Shown: one piece after another, positions 27,735 through 37,300 of the stretch | How positions within the stretch are numbered: position 1 is the stretch's first letter | How the letters are laid out: each line of letters begins with the position of its first letter | DNA from: Vicinamibacteraceae bacterium | GTDB taxonomy: Bacteria; Acidobacteriota; Thermoanaerobaculia; Multivoradales; Multivoraceae | Assembly: GCA_012270995.1 (NCBI GenBank) | Contig: JAAXHG010000051.1 | Location: 5,768 to 69,767 of the forward strand | Direction: 5' to 3' | DNA length: 64,000 nt | Made by a program: the position numbers and the translations under genes | The notes under the pieces: model-generated | The model's database searches: none | Told to the model about the DNA's origin: nothing | What the model saw: the letters and a program-made list of their open reading frames with translations, nothing else

Positions 27735-30629
27735 CTACTCCTCGGCGACCTCGACCCGCACGCGATCGACCAGGTTCAGATCTTCCAGGGCCTGCCTCAG
27801 TTCGCGGGCCAGGGCTTCCGCGTCGATTCCGTCGGTCGTGGCGTCCAGCGCAACGTTCGCCCTGAGGTCTCGAACCGACCCGGTCCGCAGCTTCGGCAGC
27901 AACCGCGTCCCGACGCGGTTCCATGCCTCGGGGGGAATCTCGCCGCGCACGCTCAGGCGCGCCGCGCGGGGCCGAGCCTCGGGGCCCGGCCGCCGCGGCG
28001 CCGCTTCGTCCTCGGACGACGTCTCGTCGGTGGGCGATTCGGCGGTTCCGCCGAACGTGTCTTCGAGCTCCTGGTCCATCGCCGCGTCATCGTTCGCCTT
28101 CAAACGCTCCGCGGCGTCCTTCCGAAGCAGGCAGAGGTCCGGCTCGAACATGACCTCCTCGGCGGGCAGCCGTTCCCGATGCCAGACCCGCCGCGGCGAT
28201 CCGTCCGCGTTCGCTCCGACTCCCGAGGCCAGCCCGAACTCGCCGGCTTCGACCCACTCGACGACCTTGCCGCGCAGCACCTCGTCCGGGTCGACGAGTC
28301 GCGTCAGCGAGCCGTCGAGGAAGCACTTCCGCAGCATCGCGAGCGGCCAGACGCCGCTCGCGGCGTGAGCCGGAGGCCAGTTTCGCTCCAGATAGCCGGC
28401 GCCGACCGAGTCGTTCAGCAGGGCGTTCGACTTGAGCGCCGCCACGACTCGGCCTGACAGGCTGGAGGCGCTGCTCGAATGGCCGGCGCCCAGGTCGATC
28501 ACGGCGAGACCGTCGGGCGTGCCGCCGTCGGCGTAGACGACGAAGCGGAAGTCGCCCCAGACTTCCTCTCTTGCCGCGTCTTCGGCCTGGCGCACGCGGC
28601 TGGCGACGTCCGCTCGCTCCGACGCCTCGATCTCGGCGCCCAGGGCGCCGGCCTCGATCTCGGCCGCCACGCGCTTCCAGGCGAGCCATTCCTCGACCTT
28701 GTCGCGCAGACCGCGGCCCGGCTTCTTTACCGCCCAGACCAGGGCGCCGGGATAGAGACGGGCGGAGTCGCCGCGCGAGCGGGTCCAGCGGGCGATCCGC
28801 TCCCGCACCTTGCCGTCCCGGTCGCCGGACCACTCCTCCTCCGGCGACGCGACGACCAGCGTGAGCCGCGGCGAGTCCGGCACGGCCGCGCCGTCCGTCG
28901 GGAAGTACACCCGGGGGATTCCCGCGCCGCGGTCGAACCCCGCCTTCACGAGTTGGCGGATCGCGGGGCGGATCTCGTCCTCTTCGTCGAGCGCCGCCCG
29001 CCGGTCGCTCACGACCTTGCGGATCGTCGGCTGGTAGTGAAGCCGGAAGCCGTCGCCGCCGATCTTGCGCACGAAGTACGCCCGCCGCTCGAGCTCCAGG
29101 GCGGCGCTGTCGATGGACGTCGTGTCGACGTTCGGCTCGCCGAGGGCGAACCGGAGCTCCGGCAGGCGCGCCACCTTGTCCACCTGGCCGCCGGAGGACT
29201 CGAACAGCAGGGCCGTGCCGACGCGCCGGTGAATCGAGCGCAGCGGTCCCTTCGTGTCCCGGTCCAGGCCTCGGGCGTGCGCCTGCGGACCCGCGATGTC
29301 CGCGTCGATCGCCGTAGCGAGTTTCTGCTCGCCGAGCTGGCCGAGCACGACGCCGACGAAGTCCCGGTCGTGGAGCGGAGCGGACCCGAGCGTGATCAGG
29401 GGTTCGGTGCGAGCCTGCCGGAAGCCGTTCCGCTGCGCCCAGGAGATCCACTGCGCGAGCATGGCGAGCGTTCCGCGCGTTTGCTGAAACTGCGCCAGCG
29501 CGTTCCACTTGCGCTGGAAGACGGAGAGCGTGGCCGGGTGGAACGGGTAGCACGCTTCGAATCGCGCTCGCAGGTGCTCGCGGGCCTTCTTCTCCGTGGC
29601 GGCGCTGTCCACCAGCGTCCATTCCGGCGGCAGGCGGTCGCGGCGCTCGAAGCACCAGTCCGCGTAGGCCTTCGAGACTCGCTTCCGGATTCTCTCCGGC
29701 CCCTCCGAGTCGAACAGGCGCCGCCGAACCACTTCGCTGACTTCCGCCTCGTCGTTCGCGATCAGGTCCTTCGCGACGCGGCGGACCACCTTGCCGAGCT
29801 TCTCTTGCCACCGCAGATCGAAATCCGTCATCTCCACCTGGCTTCGGGGCAGGCTGATCACGGCGGCGCCGCGGGTCGAGCCGGTCATCGCCACGGTCAG
29901 GTTCTGGATGAAGGCGTGGAACGAGTCCGCCATTCCGCGGTGGCGGTTCACGAAGTTCAGCACTTCGTCGAACAGCACGAGCACGGGCGCCCCGGCGGCC
30001 TCGAACACGCGGCCGAGCGCTTCGGTCCCGGGGGGCGTGGTGGCCGCGGCGGGTCCGAGCCGCGCCGCGCCCTCGGCGCCGGCAAGCTGGCGGGCGACGT
30101 CGATCCACGGCGTCTCCCGCCCATGGCCCGGGTCCCAGGCGTTGCCGACGAAGACCGCGATCCGCGCGGCCGGCGCTTCGCGCAGCCCGGCCTCCCGCAG
30201 CAGGTCCCGCACCTCCGGGAGGCTCGCGACCTTCTTCGAGGACTGGACGAGGTAATAGAGCGCGGTCAGGGTGTGCGTCTTGCCGCCGCCGAACTGGGTG
30301 ACCAGGGTCATCACCGGGGCGGCGTTCGCCGTCTCGCCGGAGAGCCTCCGCAGCACCATCCCCGCGTGATCCTTGAGCGCCCGCGTGAAGCAGGTGCGGG
30401 CGAAGAAGGCCTCCGGATCGCTGTAGTCCTCCGGCGCCGTGCCGGCGACCACCTGCTCGAGCGCGATGGCGAACTCGTCGGGATGGAACGACCGTCCCTG
30501 CCGGACTTCCCGTCGCGGCTGGGCGACCTTGTACCAGGGTTCGAGGGTCATGAAACTCAGCGTCTCCTTGCCGGGCGTTTCATCGGTTTCCTCGGGCGCA
30601 GAGGCTGCGGTTCCCGAGGAGTCGATCAT
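27735..30629 (-). CDS. DUF499-type P-loop ATPase (defence-island core component)
   Basis: N-terminal LEPWYKVAQPRREV...FHPDEFAIALEQV, Walker A TQFGGGKTH and Walker B VLVLFDEVLNF, as I recall for DUF499 proteins. The alternative start at ATG 30551 (MTLEPWYKV) would remove the 50-nt overlap with the upstream PIN-like gene. Confidence 0.8.
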   Translation of the reverse strand: MIDSSGTAASAPEETDETPGKETLSFMTLEPWYKVAQPRREVRQGRSFHPDEFAIALEQVVAGTAPEDYSDPEAFFARTCFTRALKDHAGMVLRRLSGETANAAPVMTLVTQFGGGKTHTLTALYYLVQSSKKVASLPEVRDLLREAGLREAPAARIAVFVGNAWDPGHGRETPWIDVARQLAGAEGAARLGPAAATTPPGTEALGRVFEAAGAPVLVLFDEVLNFVNRHRGMADSFHAFIQNLTVAMTGSTRGAAVISLPRSQVEMTDFDLRWQEKLGKVVRRVAKDLIANDEAEVSEVVRRRLFDSEGPERIRKRVSKAYADWCFERRDRLPPEWTLVDSAATEKKAREHLRARFEACYPFHPATLSVFQRKWNALAQFQQTRGTLAMLAQWISWAQRNGFRQARTEPLITLGSAPLHDRDFVGVVLGQLGEQKLATAIDADIAGPQAHARGLDRDTKGPLRSIHRRVGTALLFESSGGQVDKVARLPELRFALGEPNVDTTSIDSAALELERRAYFVRKIGGDGFRLHYQPTIRKVVSDRRAALDEEDEIRPAIRQLVKAGFDRGAGIPRVYFPTDGAAVPDSPRLTLVVASPEEEWSGDRDGKVRERIARWTRSRGDSARLYPGALVWAVKKPGRGLRDKVEEWLAWKRVAAEIEAGALGAEIEASERADVASRVRQAEDAAREEVWGDFRFVVYADGGTPDGLAVIDLGAGHSSSASSLSGRVVAALKSNALLNDSVGAGYLERNWPPAHAASGVWPLAMLRKCFLDGSLTRLVDPDEVLRGKVVEWVEAGEFGLASGVGANADGSPRRVWHRERLPAEEVMFEPDLCLLRKDAAERLKANDDAAMDQELEDTFGGTAESPTDETSSEDEAAPRRPGPEARPRAARLSVRGEIPPEAWNRVGTRLLPKLRTGSVRDLRANVALDATTDGIDAEALARELRQALEDLNLVDRVRVEVAEE

Positions 30630-31053
30630 GGCTTTTCGTGTACTCGCTGCCGTGCAAGGTCGTGTAGACCTTGCCGCGGGGTTGGTCGATCAGATCCTTG
30701 TTCTTGAAGTCGCGCTGGAGGGCCCGGTCGTTCGAGTAGAGCAGCCGGGCGCCGCCTACCTGCGCCGCGGCAATCAGATGTTCGTCGTCGGACCGACAGA
30801 TCCGGGCTTTGCGGAGTTCGATCGCCCTGGCCTCGACTTCGTCATCGTTTACCCGGAGAATCCGACCTTGTTGAATAGCCTCCCGATACCAGACGTCGAA
30901 CCTTGAGTGTGTCCTGAGTTCATCGTGAATCTGCCTTGCTACGATCAACTTGCCGCGTCCTCGGGTGATCCAGTTGAAGAACGCGTGGGCGGCCGCGGAT
31001 CGGTCGGCGGCGAGAACGTCGCCAACGGCGTTGGCGTCGAGCAGCGCGCACAT
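30580..31053 (-). CDS. PIN-like nuclease domain protein
   Basis: 157 aa. The acidic pattern D6 (LLDANAV), D44/E45 (IHDEL), D89/D90 (SDDEHLIAAAQ) and N108/D109 (LLYSNDRALQRDF) is spaced as in PIN domains. It starts 5 nt after the upstream ATPase stop. Confidence 0.5.
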   Translation of the reverse strand: MCALLDANAVGDVLAADRSAAAHAFFNWITRGRGKLIVARQIHDELRTHSRFDVWYREAIQQGRILRVNDDEVEARAIELRKARICRSDDEHLIAAAQVGGARLLYSNDRALQRDFKNKDLIDQPRGKVYTTLHGSEYTKSHDRLLGNRSLCARGNR

Positions 31054-31058
31054 TGCCG

Positions 31059-32396
31059 TTACAGGCCCAGTGACCGGTTGACTTCCTCCATGAAGAAGCG
31101 CCTGTAGCTCTGCGGCGCGTCGAGCACGTTTCCCTGGTCGTCCAACCGCAGTGAGTAGATCCGGAAGCCGAGGTTCTGTCGTTCGAAGTAGAGGATGGAC
31201 ACATCCTCCGGCGATAAACGACCATGGCCGTCGCGAACGTCCATGCGGACTCGATCCAGCAAGTGGTCGCTGTGGGTCTCGACGACGATTTGCCGCTTCC
31301 AGGACGCCAGGCGGCAGAACAGACTTCCGAATGCGGCCTGGGCTTGTGGGTGCAGGTGAACTTCGGGCTGCTGCAGAAGGAACATGGAAGTCCGTCGATC
31401 CCGGAAGAGCTCGGTCAATACGGGCAGCACCTGGCTGACGCCGTAGCCGACGTCGATCAGGTTCCGCGATGGGCCCTTCGCTCGCTTGCCGTACTTTCGG
31501 ATCTGCACCTGGAACGGCTCCGTACCCTTCTTCCCGAGCAACCGGACGTCGAGCTCGTCGAAGAGGCCCGCCTGCCGGCCGAACGCCTCCAGTGCGCCTT
31601 TCAGCTTCGTCCAGGCTCGCCGGTCCTCGACGAAGAGGGACGACAGGTAGGTGGGGATCGTCTCGCCCTCCGGGGCCGCCGTGGGCCGCGCGGGGTCGTA
31701 GGTCCGGCGGGGCTTCGAGCGAACAGGGGCGCTTGCGAAGAGCCTCTGCCCACTCGGAAAGAACGGGGCGATGGTCTCCCGCAGGTGGTTCCAGTCCCGT
31801 TCATTGGGGAGCGGCGAGCCGGCCGTTGGCTGGGCGCTGTCGCGCTCCGGCAGGAAGCTCAGGATCAACGGGAAGGAGAGTTGGGGATTGCCGGGGAATT
31901 GCTCTCCGAGCCAGCGCCTTGGCCAGGACCACTGCCCCCGGACGGTACGAAAATAGACCCTCGCTTCGTCCTGTTCCGGCGCGCCGACCTCGACAGCCGC
32001 ATCTCCGGTCGAGATCGCCCACCTGTGCGGAACAGGCGCCGTGCCCTCTTTGCGGAACGACAAGGCGAACGTCCGGTCTAGCGGCCGGGCAGGGCGGCCT
32101 CTCTTGGGTCGATTGTCCAGGTCGTCTCGACGACGGAACTCCGCGTGGAACTCCGTTGCGCGGCCGCCCCGTCCGCCGCGAAAGTGCGCAATCTCGTCGA
32201 AGCTGCCGAGATCGTAGGGCGGGGCCTTGAAGTCTGGAACTCGCTGCTCATACGCGGCTTCCCACAACGCTCGGATCAGGGCCAGGAACGACGTCTTGCC
32301 TGCGCTGTTCTCCCCGACCAGCAGGGTCAGCGGCGCCATGCGGGTCTCCTGCCTCTCGCGGAAACAGCGGAAGTTCTCCAGGGCGATGTGATTCAT
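31059..32396 (-). CDS. ABC/SMC-like AAA ATPase (AAA_15/21-type, DUF3696-like C-terminus)
   Basis: Walker A LVGENSAGKTS, signature-like DVGYGVSQVLP, Walker B MFLLQQPEVHLHP, H-loop ETHSDH. The C-terminal tail ...PQSYRRFFMEE is reminiscent of DUF3696. Confidence 0.75.
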   Translation of the reverse strand: MNHIALENFRCFRERQETRMAPLTLLVGENSAGKTSFLALIRALWEAAYEQRVPDFKAPPYDLGSFDEIAHFRGGRGGRATEFHAEFRRRDDLDNRPKRGRPARPLDRTFALSFRKEGTAPVPHRWAISTGDAAVEVGAPEQDEARVYFRTVRGQWSWPRRWLGEQFPGNPQLSFPLILSFLPERDSAQPTAGSPLPNERDWNHLRETIAPFFPSGQRLFASAPVRSKPRRTYDPARPTAAPEGETIPTYLSSLFVEDRRAWTKLKGALEAFGRQAGLFDELDVRLLGKKGTEPFQVQIRKYGKRAKGPSRNLIDVGYGVSQVLPVLTELFRDRRTSMFLLQQPEVHLHPQAQAAFGSLFCRLASWKRQIVVETHSDHLLDRVRMDVRDGHGRLSPEDVSILYFERQNLGFRIYSLRLDDQGNVLDAPQSYRRFFMEEVNRSLGL

Positions 32397-32522
32397 CAGA
32401 TGAACTCGGGCAGTGCTGGCTCCGGGAGGCCGGGGAGGGGCGGTGCGTACTGTACAACCAGCCCGCGTACGGGGTCGGAACAGCGAACCGTTGAGCGTCC
32501 GGGCCTCTTCATTGGCTGCTGC

Positions 32523-32795
32523 TCAAGCCTCTGCTGAGGCGTCACTGGCCGGCAAGCCGAGCGCGTCGGCGATCAGGTCCAGCTTCTCCGTGACCTCCGG
32601 ATGGATCTCCTCGGGCCGCATCTCCGCGGCAAGCAGGTAGAGGTCCTTCTTCAGGGTCGACTGGCCAAGACGCTCGAAGAGCGGCACCAGGAACTCGTTG
32701 CTCGCCTTGACGCGAACCAGGGAGACGTGATCGCCGAAGAGGTCCGTGCCGGTTGGCACCTGCTTCCAGAACTCGTTATCGACTTCGGCGCCCAT
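32523..32795 (-). CDS. 90-aa ORF, either an independent small gene or the frame-shifted C-terminus of the upstream ATPase-Toprim protein
   Basis: The frame carrying ...SPPLFEESMGAEVDNEFWKQVPTGTDLFGDHVSLVRVKASNEFLVPLFERLGQ... has protein-like composition. It overlaps the last 20 nt of ORF 32776..34227. Confidence 0.35.
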   Translation of the reverse strand: MGAEVDNEFWKQVPTGTDLFGDHVSLVRVKASNEFLVPLFERLGQSTLKKDLYLLAAEMRPEEIHPEVTEKLDLIADALGLPASDASAEA

Positions 32796-34227
32796 GCTCT
32801 CCTCGAACAGCGGCGGCGAGGAAACGGGTGATGGCGCCCGGCTGGAGCAGGTAGTTCTCGACCTCGTAGCGTCGCCAGCGAAGCACGCGCAGGCCGGAGG
32901 CGGTCGTGGAGTCGTCTGGTTGGCCGCGGTCGTCCCCATCCAGGAGACACACGGCCCGCAGGTCGGGAACGACCGCCTGCATGGCGAAGTAGTGGCTCCT
33001 CGCGTCGTGCAAGTTGCTTCCGCGGAGCCAGTGGACGAACGGTCGGTCGAAGAACGCCCGCGCCGGGTGTTCCAGGATTCGCGCCCACTCGCGGAGGATC
33101 TTCTCGTCCGTCTCGCCCTCGACGTAGATGACGGCACGCACTTCGCGCGCCTGAAGGAGTTCCGTCGTCGTGATTCGTTTCAGCGCCTCGCGTACGGCGT
33201 CCCGTTCGACGGGGCTCGTCAGGGCGCGGGGCGTCTCGCCAAGGAAGCCGATGACCCGCTCGGGCGCCGTCGCGTCGAGCACGACTTCCGAATGGGTGGC
33301 GAGGATCACCTGACCGCCACGCTCTCTGGCGACCTTGCGGATCAGGTCGTAGACCTCGCGTTGCAGGATGACGTGTTGGTGCGCGTCGGGCTCGTCGAGC
33401 AGGATGACGGAGGCGGGACGAGCGTAGAGGAAAGCGAGGATCAGGAGGACCTGAAGCGTGCCGCTGCCGACGTTCGCCAGGTCGAGCGGGCGCCCGCGTC
33501 CCCGTTCTCGATACTCGCTGACGATGAAGGGCTGCAAGGCGGAGTACACGGGTCTTTGCAGCTCGATGCGGAAGATGTCGTCCATGGACCGCGAGAGACT
33601 GCGCCAATCGTCACCATCCGTCCTTGCCGAGACCTCGTAGAGAAGATTGCGCAATATCTCGCCAGGCCTTCCCTGGCCGATGAGCAGGTCCTGCAAGCCG
33701 ACGTCGCGTCGGGGCTCTTCCCGCTCGATTCCCGAGAAGGGCGGCACGAAAACGATGTCGAGATTCCTGGCCGCCGCCGGAGGAAACTGCTCGATGTCCG
33801 CCGGCGACATGTCCTTTGCGCCCCGCGGACGCACGTAGAGCATCTCGCGGTTCGCGTACTGGAACTCCATCCCGCAGGTCCAGGCGCCGTTCCCGTCCTG
33901 GCCTTCGACCACGATCTCGATCAGGCGGCGCGCGCCGGCCATGCCCGCGGGCCCGGCGACCCGGCGGTCTTCCCACAGCAGATTCACTTCGCGCAGCGGC
34001 ACGGCCGTGAAGTCGTTGCGGGTGATCGCGACGCCGGACCGCTTGATTCCCCGGCCCGTCTCGCGTTCGGCGACCCAGCGATCGAGGGCGAGCTTCCAGG
34101 CCGAGATCGCCTGCAGCAGGGTGGACTTGCCGGAGTTGTTCGGCCCCGCCAGAACGACGGCGTCGCCCAGATCGAAGGACTGCTCGCGGAAGCTCTTGAA
34201 GTTGCGGACTGTCAGTTTCCTGATCAT
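32776..34227 (-). CDS. fused ABC-type ATPase + Toprim/DUF4435-like nuclease (PARIS AriA-AriB-fusion-like or class 1 OLD-like)
   Basis: Walker A LAGPNNSGKST, signature NVGSGTLQVL, Walker B VILLDEPDAHQH, ATHS. Then Toprim-type VIYVEGETDEKIL, LLDGDDRG and YEVENYLL. Confidence 0.75.
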   Translation of the reverse strand: MIRKLTVRNFKSFREQSFDLGDAVVLAGPNNSGKSTLLQAISAWKLALDRWVAERETGRGIKRSGVAITRNDFTAVPLREVNLLWEDRRVAGPAGMAGARRLIEIVVEGQDGNGAWTCGMEFQYANREMLYVRPRGAKDMSPADIEQFPPAAARNLDIVFVPPFSGIEREEPRRDVGLQDLLIGQGRPGEILRNLLYEVSARTDGDDWRSLSRSMDDIFRIELQRPVYSALQPFIVSEYRERGRGRPLDLANVGSGTLQVLLILAFLYARPASVILLDEPDAHQHVILQREVYDLIRKVARERGGQVILATHSEVVLDATAPERVIGFLGETPRALTSPVERDAVREALKRITTTELLQAREVRAVIYVEGETDEKILREWARILEHPARAFFDRPFVHWLRGSNLHDARSHYFAMQAVVPDLRAVCLLDGDDRGQPDDSTTASGLRVLRWRRYEVENYLLQPGAITRFLAAAVRGEHGRRSR

Positions 34228-34338
34228 TCTGACAACAAGGATGTGCGGCTGAGAAAAGTGTGCAACAAGACGTCAATGTTGCAATGTCGTTGAAATGTTG
34301 GCGCGGCGTATTGCAATGTTGGCGCAGCGATGTTGCTT
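34228..34338 (-). promoter_or_regulatory. AT-richer intergenic region with TGTTGC repeat array and palindrome (candidate internal promoter/operator)
   Basis: TGCAACA (34261-67) N10 TGTTGCA (34278-84) with a central GACGTC. ATGTTG at 34276, 34295, 34316 and 34330. Exact 11-mer AATGTTGGCGC at 34294 and 34315, 21 nt apart. It lies immediately upstream of the ATPase-Toprim gene. Confidence 0.35.
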
Positions 34339-37300
34339 CTATCCGGGGAGTGCCAGCAACATGGCGTCGAGCAGCCGCTTCTCTTCGCTGCCGCGCGGGT
34401 AGAGCGCGGAGAGGGCGTTGGCCAGGCGCTCGAAGTCGGGGCCGCGCTCGCGCTCGGCGGCGACCAGGTTGCGGAGGGCTTGGGTGCGGCCGCCCCTCTG
34501 CAGCAGCATGGCGACGTGGACGCGGTCGAGCGTGGTGGCGTCGGCGTCCGCCTCGACGCGGTCGGCGGCCGTTCCCCGTGACCGTCGGCCGCCGCGCGCG
34601 GCCGCGAGTTCCCGGTCGCCGAGGTGTGCAGCCTGCAGCAGGTCGAGCTGGGGCGAAGCCCCCGGCTGTTCCATGCGGTCGGCGAAGTCCTCCGCGCCCG
34701 AGCCGCCGAACAACCGCTTCGCCCGCTCGGCGATCGGCAGCAGGCGGACGACCCCCTTCTTCGTCTCGACGATGCGCTTCTCCCACTTGGGCAGATCGAT
34801 GCCCAGCGGCTGGGCGAAGCGGCGGACGACGTCGAAGGCGAGGGAGTAGCCGAATCGCCCCGGAGGCGCCGACGCCCTGTTTTCGTCCGTCTCCGCCTCG
34901 GCGCGCTTCTTCTTGCCGGCGCCGTCGTCCGCGGGCGCGGTTGCCTGAAGCGTCCACAGGAAGAGCGCGGTCAGCCGGGAGTCTTCCTCCAGGGCGCCGG
35001 CGAGCCCGTTCCGGGCCTTCGCTTCCTCCGAGCCCAGGACGTTCTCGAGCGCCGTGCGGCCAACCACCTCCCAGACCTTCTCCAGGTACTCCGGCAGCGC
35101 GACCTCGGCGCCGTCCGCCGTCTCGACGCGGGAGTAGCGGCTGAAGATCTCGAGCGCCGGCCCGATGCAGGCGAAGACCAGGTCCGCGCCGCGGACGCCC
35201 TCGCCCTGCAGCCGCTCCATCCAGTCGCCGACGCGGACCGGGAGCTCGCGGAGCACGTCGGCCCAGTCGCCGACGGGCGCGTCTTCGGGTCGGGGGCGGC
35301 AGACGAGGTGGATGCTGGTCGCGAGGGCGGCGGAGTCGCGGGCGCGCAGACGGGAACCCATCTCGGTCGCGAGCGGCCACGACGCGGTGACGGTCCAGCC
35401 GCCCCGGATCATGCCGGAGAGCAACGCCTCCCAGCCCTCCGTCGTCTTGTGGGCGAAGACGACGGCGCCGACGCCGTCGTGGCGCAGCACCCGCCTTCCC
35501 TCCGCGAACGCGCGGCCCATCGTCTCTTCGAACCACGTCCGGTCCTTCGGGCGTCCGTCGACCTCCTTGGTCTCGTCCTGAACCGCCTCGGCCGCCTTCG
35601 GCGACAGCGGGTTGGCCGGGTCGAACGGGTCGCGCAGTAACGTGTGGCCCGGGAGAGTGCGCTTCAGCCAGACCAGAAAGAAGTCGGAGAGGTCCGAGTA
35701 GGGGATGGCGTCGTAGTAGGGCGGGTCGGTGAACCAGACGCCGACGGTTTCGTCGGGGAGCGGGTGGTGCGTGGCGTCGGCGGGTTGGACTTGGCCAGCG
35801 CTCCGGCTACAGGAGGCGTCCACAACGTCGCTCGGCAGGCGGTACGCGCTCTCCCAGTTTCCGGGTCCCGGGGCCGTCACGACTACTTCGGCGAAGTCCC
35901 AGACGATAGGCAGCGCTTGTCGCCCGAACGTGTGCTGCATCTTCTCCGCGACTGCGTTCCATCGGGTGCAGGACATGTCGCTCATCGCAACACGACTGAG
36001 GCAGCAGGCCAATAGTCGTTCTTGATCGGAGCACTTCGTTCTCAGCATCAAGTCGACGAGCCCGTTCAACGCCGCCTTCTGCCGCGCGGTGAACAGGTGG
36101 CCCCACTCGAGCATCCCGTAGCGCTGAACGCGAAATCCCAGCGTCCCAATGCGGGGTAACGGTTCGTCCGGCGCCGGGCAGAGCCCCTGCCTGCCCCCGC
36201 GCTCCCAGTCGTCCAGCAGCGCCGCCACCCGCTCTTGCGCCCGCCGCACCGCCGCGTAGTCCTCTTCGGTCGGCAGGCGGTAGCGCCGCCCCTTCTCGTC
36301 CGGCCGCACCGTGACCACCGCCGTCATCCGCGCGCCGCCTGTACGGTTTCCGGCCTCGTCGAACACGGCGTCGGCGCCGCCGCGCTGGGCCGATAGTTGC
36401 GCCCGGACGCGCTCCGGCGGCAACACCGAGCCGCAGCAGAGGCAGACGGCGCGGGCGCGGGAGACCGTTCCGGCGGCTACGTCTTCGTCGGCATCCGGCT
36501 GGAAGACCTCGAACTCGACGCGGGGCGTCCCATCCGATGCGGGCAGGGGCGCCCCCGTTCCCGGCGCGGCGTTCGGAGCGTCCTGAGCACCTTCCGACCG
36601 GCATGGAACAGACGCTCGATCCGGTTGCTCCGCTGGCCAAGGCGCAGCGGGAAACGCGTCGTGTCTATTGCCGGCGCTCGCGGATTCGAAGCCGCGAGTC
36701 GAGCGCGCGGCCGCCCCGGTCGGGCGCTCGACCGTCGGCCGCAAAGCCCACTTGCGCTTCGGCTTCCTGCACAGCCAGAAGGAGCGCATCAGCGGGATCT
36801 CCGCGCCGCAGTCGGGCGCCTCGCAGCGCGCCGTGCGCGCCCACAGGTAGGCGATCGGCGTCGCGCCGTCCGGGTCCGGCGGGTAGAGGTCGGCCAGTTT
36901 CTCCTGGGCCGCCGCCTTGATGTCGGCTCCGACGCGGCGCAGTTCGTCCGCCAGGCCCGGGCCGTGGCGCGGGATGTCCTCCAGCATCACTTTGAGGATC
37001 AGGCAGGCGACGGGGTTCAGGTCGGAGGCGAAGGCTTCGCAGCCGAGCCTCAGCGCCTCCAGGGGGATCGATCCGCCGCCGGCGAAGGGATCGACCACCA
37101 GGGGCGGGTCGTCGCCGCCGTGGGCCGCCCGCACCAGGTTCCGCCCGACCCGCAGGTAGGTCGGGTGCGCGGCCATGTCCCAGTTGGCGAACGAGCCGAT
37201 GAACCAGAGCAGCGCCCTCCGTAGCTCGGCGTCGCTCTTCGGCGGCTGCCGGACCGGGCTCAGGAACTCGCGCGCCCGCCGCTTGAACTCCTCCGGGCAG

